Assembly (NCBI GenBank): GCA_964016885.1
Contig: OZ024745.1
Coordinates: 15,996,001-16,060,000, forward strand
Direction: 5' to 3'
Origin: Eledone cirrhosa
Taxonomy: Eukaryota
Length of the DNA stretch: 64,000 nt
A model generated the notes under the pieces. The model ran no database searches. It was not told the origin of the DNA and saw nothing but the letters and a program-made list of their open reading frames with translations. This document shows, piece after piece, positions 16,171 through 29,308 of the stretch. Within the stretch, counting starts at the first letter, position 1; the number at the start of each line of letters is the position of its first letter. The translations under genes were made by a program, and so were the position numbers.

Positions 16171-16637
16171 AGATGATGCATGACATACCCTGACATAGTA
16201 GATGGTTAAGATTCAGTCATGGTAGTGAATAAGTTATGACAAGACTCAATATTTATATACCTTACGATTGAGACATGAACAAATTTACATATAATACAGA
16301 GGGTGCGTGTGAGAAAGCTTAAAAATACATAATAGCAATTTATATAACTGTTAGAGATTCAAATAATTTAAATTATTGAAGAAAGAAGGAAAGAAGAAAG
16401 ACAGAGAGAAACAGATGAGGAAAAACTATAGTTACTAGAAGTATAGAAAGCAAAAGACAGTTATGTAAATTGCTATTATGTACTTTTAAGCTTTCTCACA
16501 CGCACCCTCTGTATTATATGTAAGTTTGTTCATGTCTCAATCTTAAGGTATATAAATATTGAGTCTTGTCATATCTTATTCACTACCATGACTGAATCTT
16601 AACCATCTACTATGTCAGGGTATGTCATGCATCATCT

Positions 16638-16704
16638 TATTTTATCTGATGAGAACATACTGTTGAAGATAGCTCAGTACCTCTGAAATATGTATAATAA
16701 AATA
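16638..16704 (+). ncRNA. Type I hammerhead ribozyme (mirror copy)
   Basis: TATTTTAT-CTGATGA...CAGTACCTCT-GAAATATGTATA-ATAAAATA. Confidence 0.65.
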
Positions 16705-16842
16705 TACTTGATCACAAGAATATCTATTTTGTTAATATTTTGAATTAATATTAATAACTCCGGAAAAACATTCCTGTTCAGTGCTTCCAATCTATTGTAA
16801 AACTCCTTCCCTGATTTATTCATTGAACCTTGTTTAACCTTT

Positions 16843-16919
<77 letters not shown>

Positions 16920-16921
<2 letters not shown>

Positions 16922-17055
16922 AATATAAAAGGTAGATCGAAGTTACTTTTGCAGCATATATATAAATCTTATTGACATATTGCAATCCTTTGTAATATGC
17001 CAATAAAGTTTATATATATGCTGCAAATGTAACTTCGATCTTACTTTATTTATAC
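16920..17055. repeat. Short inverted repeat (about 60-bp arms)
   Basis: AGATCGAAGTTAC..TGCAGCATATATATAAA mirrored by TTTATATATATGCTGCA..GTAACTTCGATCT. Confidence 0.8.
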
Positions 17056-17574
17056 TCTCCACACTACAGCCGCCTTAACTCTGGAATACAACCCAACACA
17101 AGACGGACCTCATAAAAGCATCGAGTGTTTGGAACGGTACACCGCCTGTAACTGTAGTTACACACTTTATATATATGTCTGAGAGTGTGTGACTGTGTGT
17201 GTCTGTGTGTGTGTGTCTGTGTGTCTGTGTGTGTGTATGTGTGTGTCTGTGTGCGCATAAAGCAGTTAGAAATGAGGAGAGTGCTTTCATCTTTCTACAT
17301 TATTTAAATAATTTCCTGTAATTTAGTGTGGTAAATAGTTCCATTAATAAAATACATCGAAAAAAATGGAGTCTTTGGTATGTATGTATGTATGTATGTA
17401 TGTATGTATGTATGTATGTATGTATGTATGTATGTATGTATGTATGTATGTATGCATGCATTGCATGCATGTATGTATATAAACCTGTCTGAATGTATGT
17501 GTGTGTGTGTGTATGTTTGTTTGTCTATATGTTTGTATGTATGTATGCATGTATACTTTCTCTCATTCACTTAA

Positions 17575-18460
17575 TTTAGGCTCTATATTTGAGCAGCCAC
17601 CTTCCCGGCGGCAAGGCTGTAAAGAAAAGGAAATCCTTTCTCCAATCGTTTAACCTTTGAATTTGAAAAATGTTTTACAGATTTTGAAGGTTCCAGATAT
17701 GGTGACCATTTGTAGCTTATAACTTAAGGAGCTGCATTCTTTCTTCAATAATCCAAGTTTGGTTATAACTTGGTTCTGGCGGGTTGGAATATATCCAGTA
17801 GCTTCAACAATAATAGATATGAAAGTGAATACGTATTTTGGATTCTGGAACTGAAAACTCCTCCCGAAATGGACCGTAAATATCCTCCTTGTATCCTCTT
17901 CAGTCTCATTACATTGACACCGGGTGTATAGCTGTCTTCTACAACAAGACATGTTTCCAGTCTTATTATATTGACACCGGGTGTATAGCCGACTTCTACA
18001 AGACATATTTTCAGTCTCATTATATTGACACCGGGTGTATAGCCGTCTTCCACAACAAGACATGTTTTCAGTCTTATTACATTGACACCGGGTGTGTAGC
18101 CGACTTCTACAAGAAAGCATATTTTCAATCTGTTGCACTAAACAACAATACCCGATTGTGTTTAAATCTGATGGTGGTATTTACTTTTAGTTCCCCCCCC
18201 AACATTCCTTTGAACTATCAGTCTCAATTTATTCATCTTTACGTTATTTCCGTCTTTCCTTATGCATTCCAGATTGTTCTGTTTACCAAATCATGCCTGA
18301 CTAGAAGGTTGTAACGAGGACATTCTTGCACACTAGGCAATTATGTGATTAACATATTCAATCTTTGTTTGCACAGCTTTCATTTATTCTAAGTTGATGG
18401 CTTTCTTGTCTTGTGCAGTAGGTAGTTCTTGGTGGGGAGTTCTTCTTCCTGGGCTACATG
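17575..18460 (-). mobile_element. R4/Dong-like LINE 3' fragment with an internal minisatellite of about 60 bp
   Basis: C-terminus GTFKICKTFFKFKG is homologous to the ORF at 18786; four repeats at about 17900-18130 cover the VVE motif. Confidence 0.75.
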
Positions 18461-18704
18461 GATGTTATTGTCTATGTACGTATTTCTGTATGTATGTATA
18501 TACGTCTGTATGTATATACGTCTGTATGTATATACGTCTGTATGTACGTATGTACATATGTATATATGTATATATATATGTATGTGTGTGTGTATGTATG
18601 TATGTATGTATGTATGTATGTATGTATGTATGTATGTATGTATGTATGTATGTATGTATGTATATGTATGTATGTATATATGTACATATGTGTATATGTA
18701 TGTA

Positions 18705-19660
18705 TGTTATCTCTTTCTCTTAATTTCGAGTATATTTTTGACTGGCCACCTTCCTGGTGGCAAGGTTGTAAAAGAAAAAAAATGGTCATCCCTTGAATCG
18801 CAAGAATGTTTTGCAAATTTTGAAGGTGCCAGCTATCGCAGCCATTTGTAGACTATGAATTAGGGAGCTGCGCTCTTTGTCCGCAAATCCAAGTTCAGTT
18901 ATACATTGGTCCAAGCGGGTTGGTATATAACCCGAGGCTCCAATAATGATGGGTATGAAGCTAAAGGTGTATCTTGGATACTGGATTTGTAAACTCCTCA
19001 TCAATGGTCCGTAGATGTCCTCCTTCTCCTGTATTTTTCTGACAACGTTTACATCAAGTGGACAGCTGATATCCACAACAGAATACGTTTTCAATGTGTG
19101 GTCCCAAACAACAATATCAGGCCGGTTGAGCTTTATTTTGGAGGCAGTTTTTATTTTCAGGTTCCACCAGTATTCCTTAGTGCCATCTGTCTCAATATAT
19201 TCTTCCTCTTTTGTTTTTAATTTTGTTTTCCGAAGTGCGTTCCAGATGGTTCTAGCTATCCCATCGTGTCTCATGGGGAGGTAGTAGCGAGATGACATTC
19301 TTTCGCAGCTGGCAACAATGTGGCTTACATCTTCGATCTTTGATTTACATAGCCTGCATTTATTGTCAGCTGATGGCTCTCCTCTTTTGTGCAGCAGATA
19401 TTTGGTAGGGAGTTCTTGTTCCTGTATTGCATAGAAATATCCCTCAAGGTGTGATGTCATAAACTTGTCGGAACTCCATGCCAGGCTTTTTGAGTGGTTT
19501 ATCCCCTCTCTGGTCTGTGTTTTACGTCTCAAGTATCCATGTACAACATTTTCTGTAAATTGGTCAATTTTTTCATCTTGTTTGAACATTGAATAGGATC
19601 TTCCGATTTCTCTGGGTGAGAGATTTATATCAGGCTTTATTCCATATCTCTCCTCATCAA
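18705..19660 (-). mobile_element. R4/Dong-like LINE 3' fragment, second subfamily
   Basis: 267-aa ORF with AIQEQ, CRLC..HIVASC, RHD and NRPDIVVWD..VVDISCP; (TATG)n on both sides. Confidence 0.9.
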
Positions 19661-19792
19661 TTTATGTATGTATGTATGTATGTATGTATGTATGTATGTA
19701 TGTATGTATGTATGTATGTATGTATGTATGTATGTATGTATGTATGTATGTACGTACGTACGTATGTATGTACGTACGTATGTACATATGTA

Positions 19793-20294
19793 TTGCTCCG
19801 TTTATCTCAATTTTATAGTTCTGGTATGTCAAATTAATACCATAGAACAACCACTGTATCATAGACACCCTATATATTTCCAGGGGTACTTAGTACCTGT
19901 GGGGATATTTCTTTTAATATTCTCCGTTATGTAGAGAATAAATCTGTTGTTCTATTTAGCTGCTATTTTTAGTAGCGAGGTAGACAATACGTCTATGTTT
20001 ACTTCCGCTTCTACTACGGGTGGTTCATGCATAGGTCAAATTTTCGGGCCCATTCGATCCTGTGCTAGCTGGCAGATGGCAATATATTTTGCCGTTCCTG
20101 GGACTTTTTGTCCTAGGAAAGGAAAATACTTTCTGATGATCTAAACTTTTCCATTGGAAGTCCCTAGGGATCTCCAATCTTTTGTGAAGTGAAACCGTTC
20201 GGTAAAAGCAATTGGAATAGGTAAATATTTAAATTATATTTTTTAATTTATTAAAAAAAATTGTTTGAATCTTGCTTGCTCCGCTTATCTCAAT
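19793..20294 (+). mobile_element. Non-coding HHR element with 19-bp terminal direct repeats (483-bp period)
   Basis: TTGCTCCG(T/C)TTATCTCAAT at 19793-19811 and 20276-20294; internal HHR; microsatellite flanks. Confidence 0.6.
20127..20210 (+). ncRNA. Type I hammerhead ribozyme with extended domain II
   Basis: UACUUU-CUGAUGA-(51 nt with internal hairpin)-GAAA-CCG(UU)CGG-UA^-AAAGCA; stem I has one mismatch. Confidence 0.65.
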
Positions 20295-20755
20295 ATGTAT
20301 ATATGTATGTATACGTATATATGTATGTATATATATATATGTATGTATATATATATATGTATGCATGTATGTACAGAAGAACTCATAAAAGTCAACAGCC
20401 ATCCGAAAGTGTGTAAATATGTATATACACATGTACTGCGCGGTTAAACCACTGGGAGTGAAGGACCCCTAGTCTTTGTCAGGGAATTCTTCTAGGAGAA
20501 GGCAACTCAGGAAACTGGGATAACTCCGATATAAAACCTGCGGCTCAGTAGTTACCGATGATGTTGATCTTTTCTTCTTTTGGGGTTATAGATACTCTCG
20601 CTCAGAGAGTGGGATTGGCTCAGTGCACAGTCTTTCCTCACTTTAAAAAATATCTTCACACACAGGTATTGCACGATAGAATTAATTAATAATTATTAAT
20701 AATGGCATATCATGCAATGGCCATACTCGATAACAAGGGGGCAGCTATCATGTAC

Positions 20756-20786
<31 letters not shown>

Positions 20787-20820
20787 TGTATGTATGTATG
20801 TATGTATGTATGTATGTATG

Positions 20821-23800
20821 TTCTTCTGGTTTTATAATTTCACAAATTTTTTCCCAATAGAGAGAGAGTCGGTTTCTACCATAGACACAAGACTCTCTCG
20901 CTCCATGCTCTGCCCTCCTTCTCCACTGGCACGCAGCTAGACAACCATAGCCTGCGAATCGGCGTTTCCCTGAGGCTCTGCCTCCGGATCTGCCAGCCAC
21001 ACCAATGTCGCTGCGGTTCCACTGTGGACTCTTTCGGCCTCCACCCGCTTTCCTGTCGCCACAGTGCCGGCCGCATTCCACGCCATAGCGCCCTCAACGA
21101 GGTCATTAAGCATGGCTTGGACACTGCAGGCTTCCCTTCCCAGCTCGAGCCGGTGGGGCTGGATCGAGGGGACGGCAAAAGGCCAGATGGCATGACCATC
21201 TTCCCGTTCCGCGGTGTCAAACCCCTCGTCTGGGATGCCACTTGCACCGACACTTTCTGCAGCCGCAACCTGGTGCAGTCTGCGACTGACCCAGGTTCTG
21301 CTGCACGTCGGGCTGAGGCGCCAAACTCCTCAAATACCGGTCGCTCACCGACAGGTTTGGGGTCTGTCCCCTGGCAGTGGAAACTTCTGGTGTCCTCGGC
21401 CCCAGGGCTACCTCCTTACTCACCACCATAGGCGCTGAGCTGGCCAGCCATAGGTTTGAGCCCCACGAGTTGGAGTGGCTTTTCCAGCACGTCTCCCTTG
21501 CCGTCCTCCAGGGAAACGCCTTCTCCATTCTGTCCGCCGGGGCTGTGGGTGGGCCCCATCGCGTGCCATTACATTAGTTAAATACCATTCTTTCATCTCA
21601 TACATATATACTAGGTAGATATGTATGCATGCATGTGTAGATATGGATGTTATTGTATGTGTGGATGTGTAAGTTTTGATTTGTATGTGTGCATGTGTAC
21701 ATGTGTATATGCAGTTATTAGATGCAACATTTTTGGAATGTTTTACATATTTTTACTGTTCCATTAATGGATTGTACTTGTAATTTCCTAACTAGTTGTG
21801 TTCTTTCTGTTCCTGTGAAGCCTAGCTTCTCAAGATTTGTATTGAGGCAGTTACTAACATACCCCAGTGTCCCAATAATCACAGGCATAAATCTAAAGGT
21901 TTAATCAGGGTGGAGTATCTGCAGATTTCTCATCAGTTCTGCATAAATATTCTCCTTTTCACTAATCTTTGATATTATATTGGCATCTGCTGGGCAGCTA
22001 ACTTCCACTACTGTGCATGCTTTCTTATCCCTGTCCCATATCATAATATCTGGTCTGTTATGCCTGCATTTTATTGGGGTTTTTACTGGAACATTCCACC
22101 AGTACTCTTTCATATTATGTACATGTCTTTCACATTGCTGTAGCTTTTAATGTGTTTATTATCGGGGCTATCTTTTTTACGAACTGCATTGTACAGTGTT
22201 TTGGCCACTACATCATGCCTCATAGGTAGATAGGACCGCGATGACATCTTTGGGCAGCTGCTGATGACATGGGTGATATCCTCGATGTTAGTTCTGCAGA
22301 GTCTGCACTTGTTATCACATCTAGGTGTTTTGCCTGCATCCCTATCTCTTTTGTGAATCAGTTATTTCGTGTTAATCTGTTCTTGGATTGCAAAAGCGTA
22401 TCGTTCAAAGTGGGAGCCAATATAGCGGTTGTTAGTCCAAGATAGACTACTTTCCTTATCCATATTACTCTCATTCTAGAGCTTCCTGGCAACATATCCA
22501 TGCATGATTTTTTGCTGATAAGCATGCAGTTTTCCATGCATGGATTCACTGAGATACTGCTGAGCAACTTTCATGGGTGTAACCTTTTGATTATCACACA
22601 GGGAATATCTCTCGAGTAGTTCCTTCCCAACTCTCATGATCTTATCTGCAGATAAACTTGCTCGAGAGACGGGCTCCTACGCTTCGAGGTTCGTAGATGT
22701 TGACGGAGGGATATGATGCGACATTCAAATGCTGTCTGGACTGATGTTAGGCCTCTGCCCCCCTGCTTACGTTTCAAGAAAAGGCGGTCTATGTCACTGT
22801 TGATGTGGAAGTTTCCGGTGTTGTTCAGTATTTTTCGAGTTCCAACATCAACTGCTCGGATTTCGTCTATCGTCCAATTGAGTATTCCAAACGTTGGTGT
22901 TAGGACAGGCACAGCAAACACATTGTGACCAAATCTTTCTTAAGCGGGTGTATTATTCCCTGGTTACGCGTTCCTTATTACAGATACCATTATAGGATAT
23001 GTTCTCATCTATCCCCAGGTATCTGTAGCAGTCCTCATCAGATATCGGTGAAACAGTTAGGTCATTGATGACAATGTTGCTAGATTGGGTTGTTGTTTTC
23101 CCCCGCTTTACAGTCATGTATGAGCATTTATCTTGTCCAAACTCCATTCCTATATCCTTTAAGAACGTTGTAACCAGGTCAAGATTTTTCTTCATCCCAT
23201 CCATGTTCTTGGCATAGAGTTTCAGATCGTCCACAAAGAAGTTATGGGTTAGGTTCGTATTTCTGTCCTCCTGTGAGCCAATGATGTATCCCTCACATTT
23301 CTCGAGCAGTAAGGACAAGGGGTTTAATGACAAGATGAACAATATCACAGAGAGACTGTCCTCCTGAATTATACCCCTGCAATATTTTATTTTATCAGTG
23401 AAAATAGAGTCCTCCCTCTCTGTCTTTAAATTTAGGATAGTAGCCCAAGAAGAAGACAGCCTCTCTATGGCTCTGACAATAATGTCTGGGACATTAGAAA
23501 GTTGGAGGGCCTCTATCATCCAAGAGTGGGGAACAGAATCGAAAGCTTTCTTGTAGTCCAGCCAGACTGTAGTCATATTCCTCCTAAGTTATCGCACCTC
23601 CGACATCGCAGTTTTGTTGATTAGGAGTTGTTCAGCACATCCTCAAACCCTTTTCTTTCCAGCTGCTTGTTCATCTGTGATGATGTTATTATTTTCACAG
23701 TGATCTTGGAGGAATAGGTTGAGGCAGGCTGCATACATCTTATACATCAGGTTCTGGCATGCAATGGGTCGGTAGTTTTTTGCCAAGTGGGTGTCTTTGT

Positions 23801-26460
23801 TCTTGAGGACCAGTAATATTTGTGTTAATGTCAACCATTCTGGTATAAGTGTATCTCCCTTAAGAACTTGTTGGTAAAGGTCAGTAAGATACCTCCGATA
23901 CAATATCAGTTTTTTGTACCAGTAGCCGACAATCATATCTCTTCCTGGTGGTTTCTTATCTTGGAGTTTTCCTATCACAGTCTCAAGGGTACCCTCACTT
24001 ATTTAGTATATTTTGTTGTAGTGTAGGAGCAATAGTTCTTTCGGATTTCTCTTAGCCACACTGCATCTTGGTTGAAATTCTTCTTTTCACCCCATATTTT
24101 GCTCAAAAAGGAATCTGTCTTTCTAGGTTGGGGCCTCAGTGGCACTTATTATTTTGTTCTTCATATTTCTGTAGACTGATGTTTGGTTTCGTCTGAATCT
24201 TTTATTAAGCACTTTTCTCTCATCTACCTTCTTCAGGTATCGGCGTTTTTCGCTAATAGCTCTCAATTCTTGTTTGAGGGTGATCAACTTATATTGGAAA
24301 GTCCTGGTTCTACTGTTACCAAACATCGTCTCTATTTTATTTTTCACTCTTTGTTGGTGAGGAGTGAGGTTTTTTTGTGTTTGTTTGCCTGTAAGGAGCA
24401 TTGTCACATATCCTATGGTTTTTCGTAGGTCAACAATCTTTTTTTCTAATTTAGTTATATATGATGGTATTTTTGGTGGTGTTCTGTTCTTGTTAATATC
24501 TCTGCTATCACCAAGATAATGCTTCCTGTCGTTGCTAAGGCATATAAACAGGCGTTGATTTGCCAAAATGTTGGGGTTTTTATCCGTCTAAATATTCATC
24601 CCCTATTTCGTCAATAACACGTAATATTTCATTATTTAGTTTTTTTGTTAAACATTGTCGTTTTAATACGTTCAACAAGAGAGATATTTATACATGAATT
24701 AATTTCTCTCTGGAAGATTTCGTTGAGGGAAATTTTCAATTGTTTATACTTTTGATCATTATCATTATCGATAATATTTTCTACAAGAATCGAGGTAGAC
24801 TCGGGTGGTACACATGGTGTCAAATTTCTTCGATTATTATTATTATTATTTCTTCGATTATTATTATTATCGATAGTGTTTTCCCCAGTATTCGAGGTAG
24901 ACTTAGATGGTACAGGTGGTGTCAAGTTTCTTACAGGCATAGTTGTTTCAAGATGCTGTTCGACCTGGCTGCTAGGAAGTCTAGTAGCATGGCGACCTGT
25001 AGCACGTGTTGTTGATTCCATGTTTGTTGTGGGAGACTTACAATTAATACTATTTATCTTATTTTTACGTTCAACAAACGTCGCTTGTTGGCGTAATTGT
25101 TTCGCTGTGAAATAATTTAGCTCTGGGTGCATTTTGTCCCAGTGTAGCTTCATTCTATTCATATAGTCAATGGAGGGATTGTCTTTTGTCATTTTAAAAC
25201 AATTAAATAAATCATTAAGTTCGCAACTCTAAGAGAAATGCGATTTATAATTTCGGTTTCTTCTGTAGCTACAACTGAATAACGTTTGTTTACCTTTCTA
25301 GTTGTTTTTCTTCGATACTTCCTTAATGTTGTTGTTAAGGTTGTGTTCAGCCATCATGTTTGTAACAAATCCTTGTAAAATGAATTATGTATTTAGTCGG
25401 ATATCTATGCGAATTCGAATTAAAGGTGTCTTCAGAAGATATAGTTAGAAGAATAACCAGTTATTCAACATGACTGTAGTTGTGACATTACTGTCGGAGA
25501 TAGTATTCATCTTAAATTTAATAAATAGTCTCCCACGCCAAAATTTGCGACTGATCACTGTATGTATGCTTCCAATGTGTGAAGAGGTGTTTTAGGTGAA
25601 TTGATTTTGAACAACTTCTTTTCCTCCATCTGCGAAGATCTCAATGGCAAAATCCAAGTTTTCGTTTCATGTATCGATAAATGTATAAAGACACATCTTG
25701 TATAATGTGTGGGTATTTGCTGTAAGTCTCCCATAAGGTATGTAGAGGGTTATCTCATACTGCACAGACATAAAAGATGGTAGTTTGTCTGCATATTATA
25801 TTGTACTGATTGTGCAGCAAGCTGTCTGTTGTGATGTCAGCTATTTGTGGGTACGGGTTATGACGATGTAAGATAAATGGTGTTGTAGTTCTCCAATGTT
25901 GGCTGCTGCTGATGTAACTTCACCTTTTGTCACAATATTTCCAATAAATTTTATTGCTTATGTGTTTCATTTTATGAATAAAATAATCAAGATTTTTGAA
26001 GGCATTTGGGAAAATAATTTTATTTTAATTTTATGATGTTTGGAAAATAACTTAATGATATTGATATTCTCTAAGGAGGTTTTTGAGCGGTTTTAATTTA
26101 AATATGAACATTTCAAAACCAAGACAATCCCTGGCAGGCTGGTATAAAGTGGGTTAAGTGAAAGTTTTGTAGTTTATCTCTGTTTTCTGCTGAGTCAGAC
26201 GGGGCTGTCATGCTGTTAAGTTAGTGCAAGTCATGTATATTGTTAACTTGTCATCTGTTATAACATCTGGGGCTGCCGTGATGTAAAATCGGTGAAGGTG
26301 TTGTATGTAGTTCTATCTATCTGCTGAGACAGTTGAGGGTATGATGGTGTGAAGTAAGTGAAGGTGTAGTTCATGTGTTGTCTACTGAGATGGTTGGGAA
26401 GGTTGGTGGGGCTATGTAACGTTTATCTTGTAACTTTTCTTATGTTAAGCTAAGATGTTT
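20821..26460 (-). mobile_element. R4/Dong-like LINE copy 2 (longer 5' region, disrupted, CRE nested in 3' UTR)
   Basis: Near-identical to copy 1 over 21611-25557; retains RGIIQEDSLS; 3' end TTATAAAACCAGAAGAA(CATA)n. The 5' boundary is uncertain. Confidence 0.9.
20899..21605 (+). mobile_element. CRE-like RLE non-LTR retrotransposon, 3' fragment
   Basis: CRCG..HPLSC zinc knuckle, RH..LN, DGKRPDG..PF.G.KPLVWDATC, VETSGVLGP, QGNA. Confidence 0.85.
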
Positions 26461-27129
26461 CATGCTGTTTTAAAACACCAATGCTTGTATTTCTAGTGTT
26501 GATTCAGCGTCGTTTACCATATCTATACACCGAATGAATGGTTTTATGTACTTTAGCAGGCATCCACCAGTGTCTAGCACGTTTGACTTTATCGAGATAC
26601 TATTTAAGGTATTTATAGATTGAATATATGACTTTAGATATGTCAGCAGATTGCCACTGGGGCTTAGCTCGTTCATCTGGTTTTATCGAGATATAACCTG
26701 AGATTTAAGGGCTCCTATTTAGGGATTAAACTTTTACTATTTGAACGCTGCGTGAGATGAAGTATTCAGTACAATATAACTTTCTCAGACCGTATTGTGT
26801 CAGATTGTACTTCATTCACTTATACTCCTGTTGTAAAAAGTACTTTGGTTATTTTGGTTTTCTTTTTATTTCTTTATATTCTGAGTTGAAATCCCACCGA
26901 GGTTTCATCTTTACGGGATGGATAAAATAAAGGATAAGCATCGGCCTGATAAGCCGCCGGGCTCGTGACAGATTTGAAACTTTAGAAATTTCAACAGAAG
27001 CTGCAGGATGGTACAATACGTTACTGCAACATCACACTCATATTTATGAACAAAACGAATAATTTTACAAGGTGGGTAAAAGCACGAATAGAATCTTCTT
27101 AAACCAAAACATAACAAAAACCGAGTACA

Positions 27130-27850
27130 ACATGAATATAGAAATAAAACAAATTGGAATGGAGCTACATATCACAACAAACTCAAAAACATAACCAATA
27201 AAAGTAGATTTAATTCGCGAAAATCTTCCTCTGCAAATTTAAATATGTGAACTAACAAAACCGATGTGATAATTTAGTTCATATGTATAACCAAAAGTCT
27301 CTTCCACAAACGTATAAAGGTCATATATAAGAACGAGACCATAACACCAGACGAGTACATAACCACATCAAACACTTTTATAGCAGACTCACTCTTATTT
27401 AACAAGAACGAATGCTGTTTGAAAAAACAACAACAACAAAAACAAGGGAAACTGTTCGATATTTAGAAGGGAAGTTACAACGGTGCTGAGGTGTGTGAAA
27501 TCGAAGGCCGGTTTCTTCAGAGCACAGTGAAACAGATAAATAAGAGTACTTACGTGGGATTGTATGGGGATAATGACCAAATGATTTCCAAGAACTGGGA
27601 GGACTCATATCGGCTCACTGGGGAAAACAAATCATAGAAATCAATCTGGCATCTGTCACCTTCCTAGATATAAAGATGAAACCAAGCTCATGTTCCGAGG
27701 AAACGTCTATAAAAGATAACAATAAACCTCTACATTCACATAATATTATCTAATACATATATAAAGGGATATATAAAAGTATCAACATTCTGTACTCTTA
27801 CTTAAAGACATATTTACCAGGGCCGAGAAAGTACAAGTTAGCTGTGGTAC
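27130..27850 (+). pseudogene. Decayed Penelope-like reverse transcriptase
   Basis: GSYNGAEVCE (PLE MGSYDGAEVCE motif) at about 27467-27500, GLYGDN (GLYRDD-like), and NLASVTFLDI. Confidence 0.7.
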
Positions 27851-27894
27851 ATAGAATCACTATGATGAATAGTATTTTAAATATACAACCACAT

Positions 27895-28082
27895 AATTGT
27901 TTCTACTTTTGGCACAAGGCCAGCAATTATTCCAGTGCATTACTGGTACTTTATTTTACGACCCCCGTAAGGATGCAAGGCAAAGTTAAACTCGGCGGGA
28001 TTTGAACTCACAATGGCAGGGGCCGTAACTCTATGCGTCAAAGCATGGCGTCCGACCCTCTACTGATATTGCCAATCCACCA
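27895..28082 (-). mobile_element. tRNA-derived SINE
   Basis: Full-length match to the window SINE consensus. Confidence 0.85.
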
Positions 28083-28474
28083 ATATACAACCACATAATG
28101 ACATACAAATACCCTCACATACACACAGACATATACATTGCAACATACACAACCATACAGACATATATACACATACCTTCACATACAACTACATACACAA
28201 CCACATAGTGACATACAAACATCTTCACATTCAACTACATACACACAGACATATAAACGCACCTTCACTTACAACTACATACACAACCACACACCTACTT
28301 ATAAACACCTACATATGCAACTACATACACAAGTACACTTCAGACAGCACACACAGATAGAAACAACATACATACACCCAACATATAACAACACTCACAC
28401 ACACAGACACACACATGTAGGCACAACTAACATACATACACCCAACATACCCACACAAACATTCCTTAACAAAT

Positions 28475-28665
28475 AACTGTTTCTACTTAGGCACAAGGCC
28501 AGCAATTATCCAGTGCATTACTGGTACTTTATTTTATCGACCCCCGTAAGGATGAAAGGCAAAGTTAACCTCGGCGAGATTTGAACTCAGAATGGCAAGG
28601 GCCGTAACTCTATACGTCAAAGCATGGCGTCCGACCCTATCCCAATACTGCCAATCCACCGCCCA
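28475..28665 (-). mobile_element. tRNA-derived SINE
   Basis: Full-length match to the window SINE consensus. Confidence 0.85.
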
Positions 28666-28779
28666 TATTCCTTAACAAATAACAACACTCACACACACAG
28701 ACACACACATATAGGCAGAACTTACATACGCTCAACATACTGACACAAACACACTTTAACGCAACACTCACACTCATAC

Positions 28780-28911
<132 letters not shown>

Positions 28912-29070
28912 ACACCAAGACACATATTTCTTCTGTCCACCACATGTTTGAGACAGCCTCAATGTTCTCATGAAACTGTCGACATAGATACTTATGAAAC
29001 AACACTGATTTATTCCAATTTCTCTGACAGTTGAACCTGTCCAAAGATGTTCACACATTTCTATCAGATT

Positions 29071-29153
<83 letters not shown>

Positions 29154-29255
29154 TGTTTGTGTGTAAATATATCAGCTATGTATTAGCTAAGAATAAAGGT
29201 TACCGTTTCATGCTTCTCACTCTTACAAATTTGAAGTCTCATCTATTATATTTTG

Positions 29256-29304
<49 letters not shown>

Positions 29305-29308
<4 letters not shown>

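Larger units (their letters stand above)
16059..16820. mobile_element. Fold-back element (about 290-bp arms) carrying an HHR in each arm
   Basis: 16059-16345 is the reverse complement of about 16466-16748; flanked by (TA)n and (CA)n. Confidence 0.8.

Noticed and set aside
25920-26157. piggyBac-like MITE ending in GGGTTAA
   Set aside because: No partner TIR was found.
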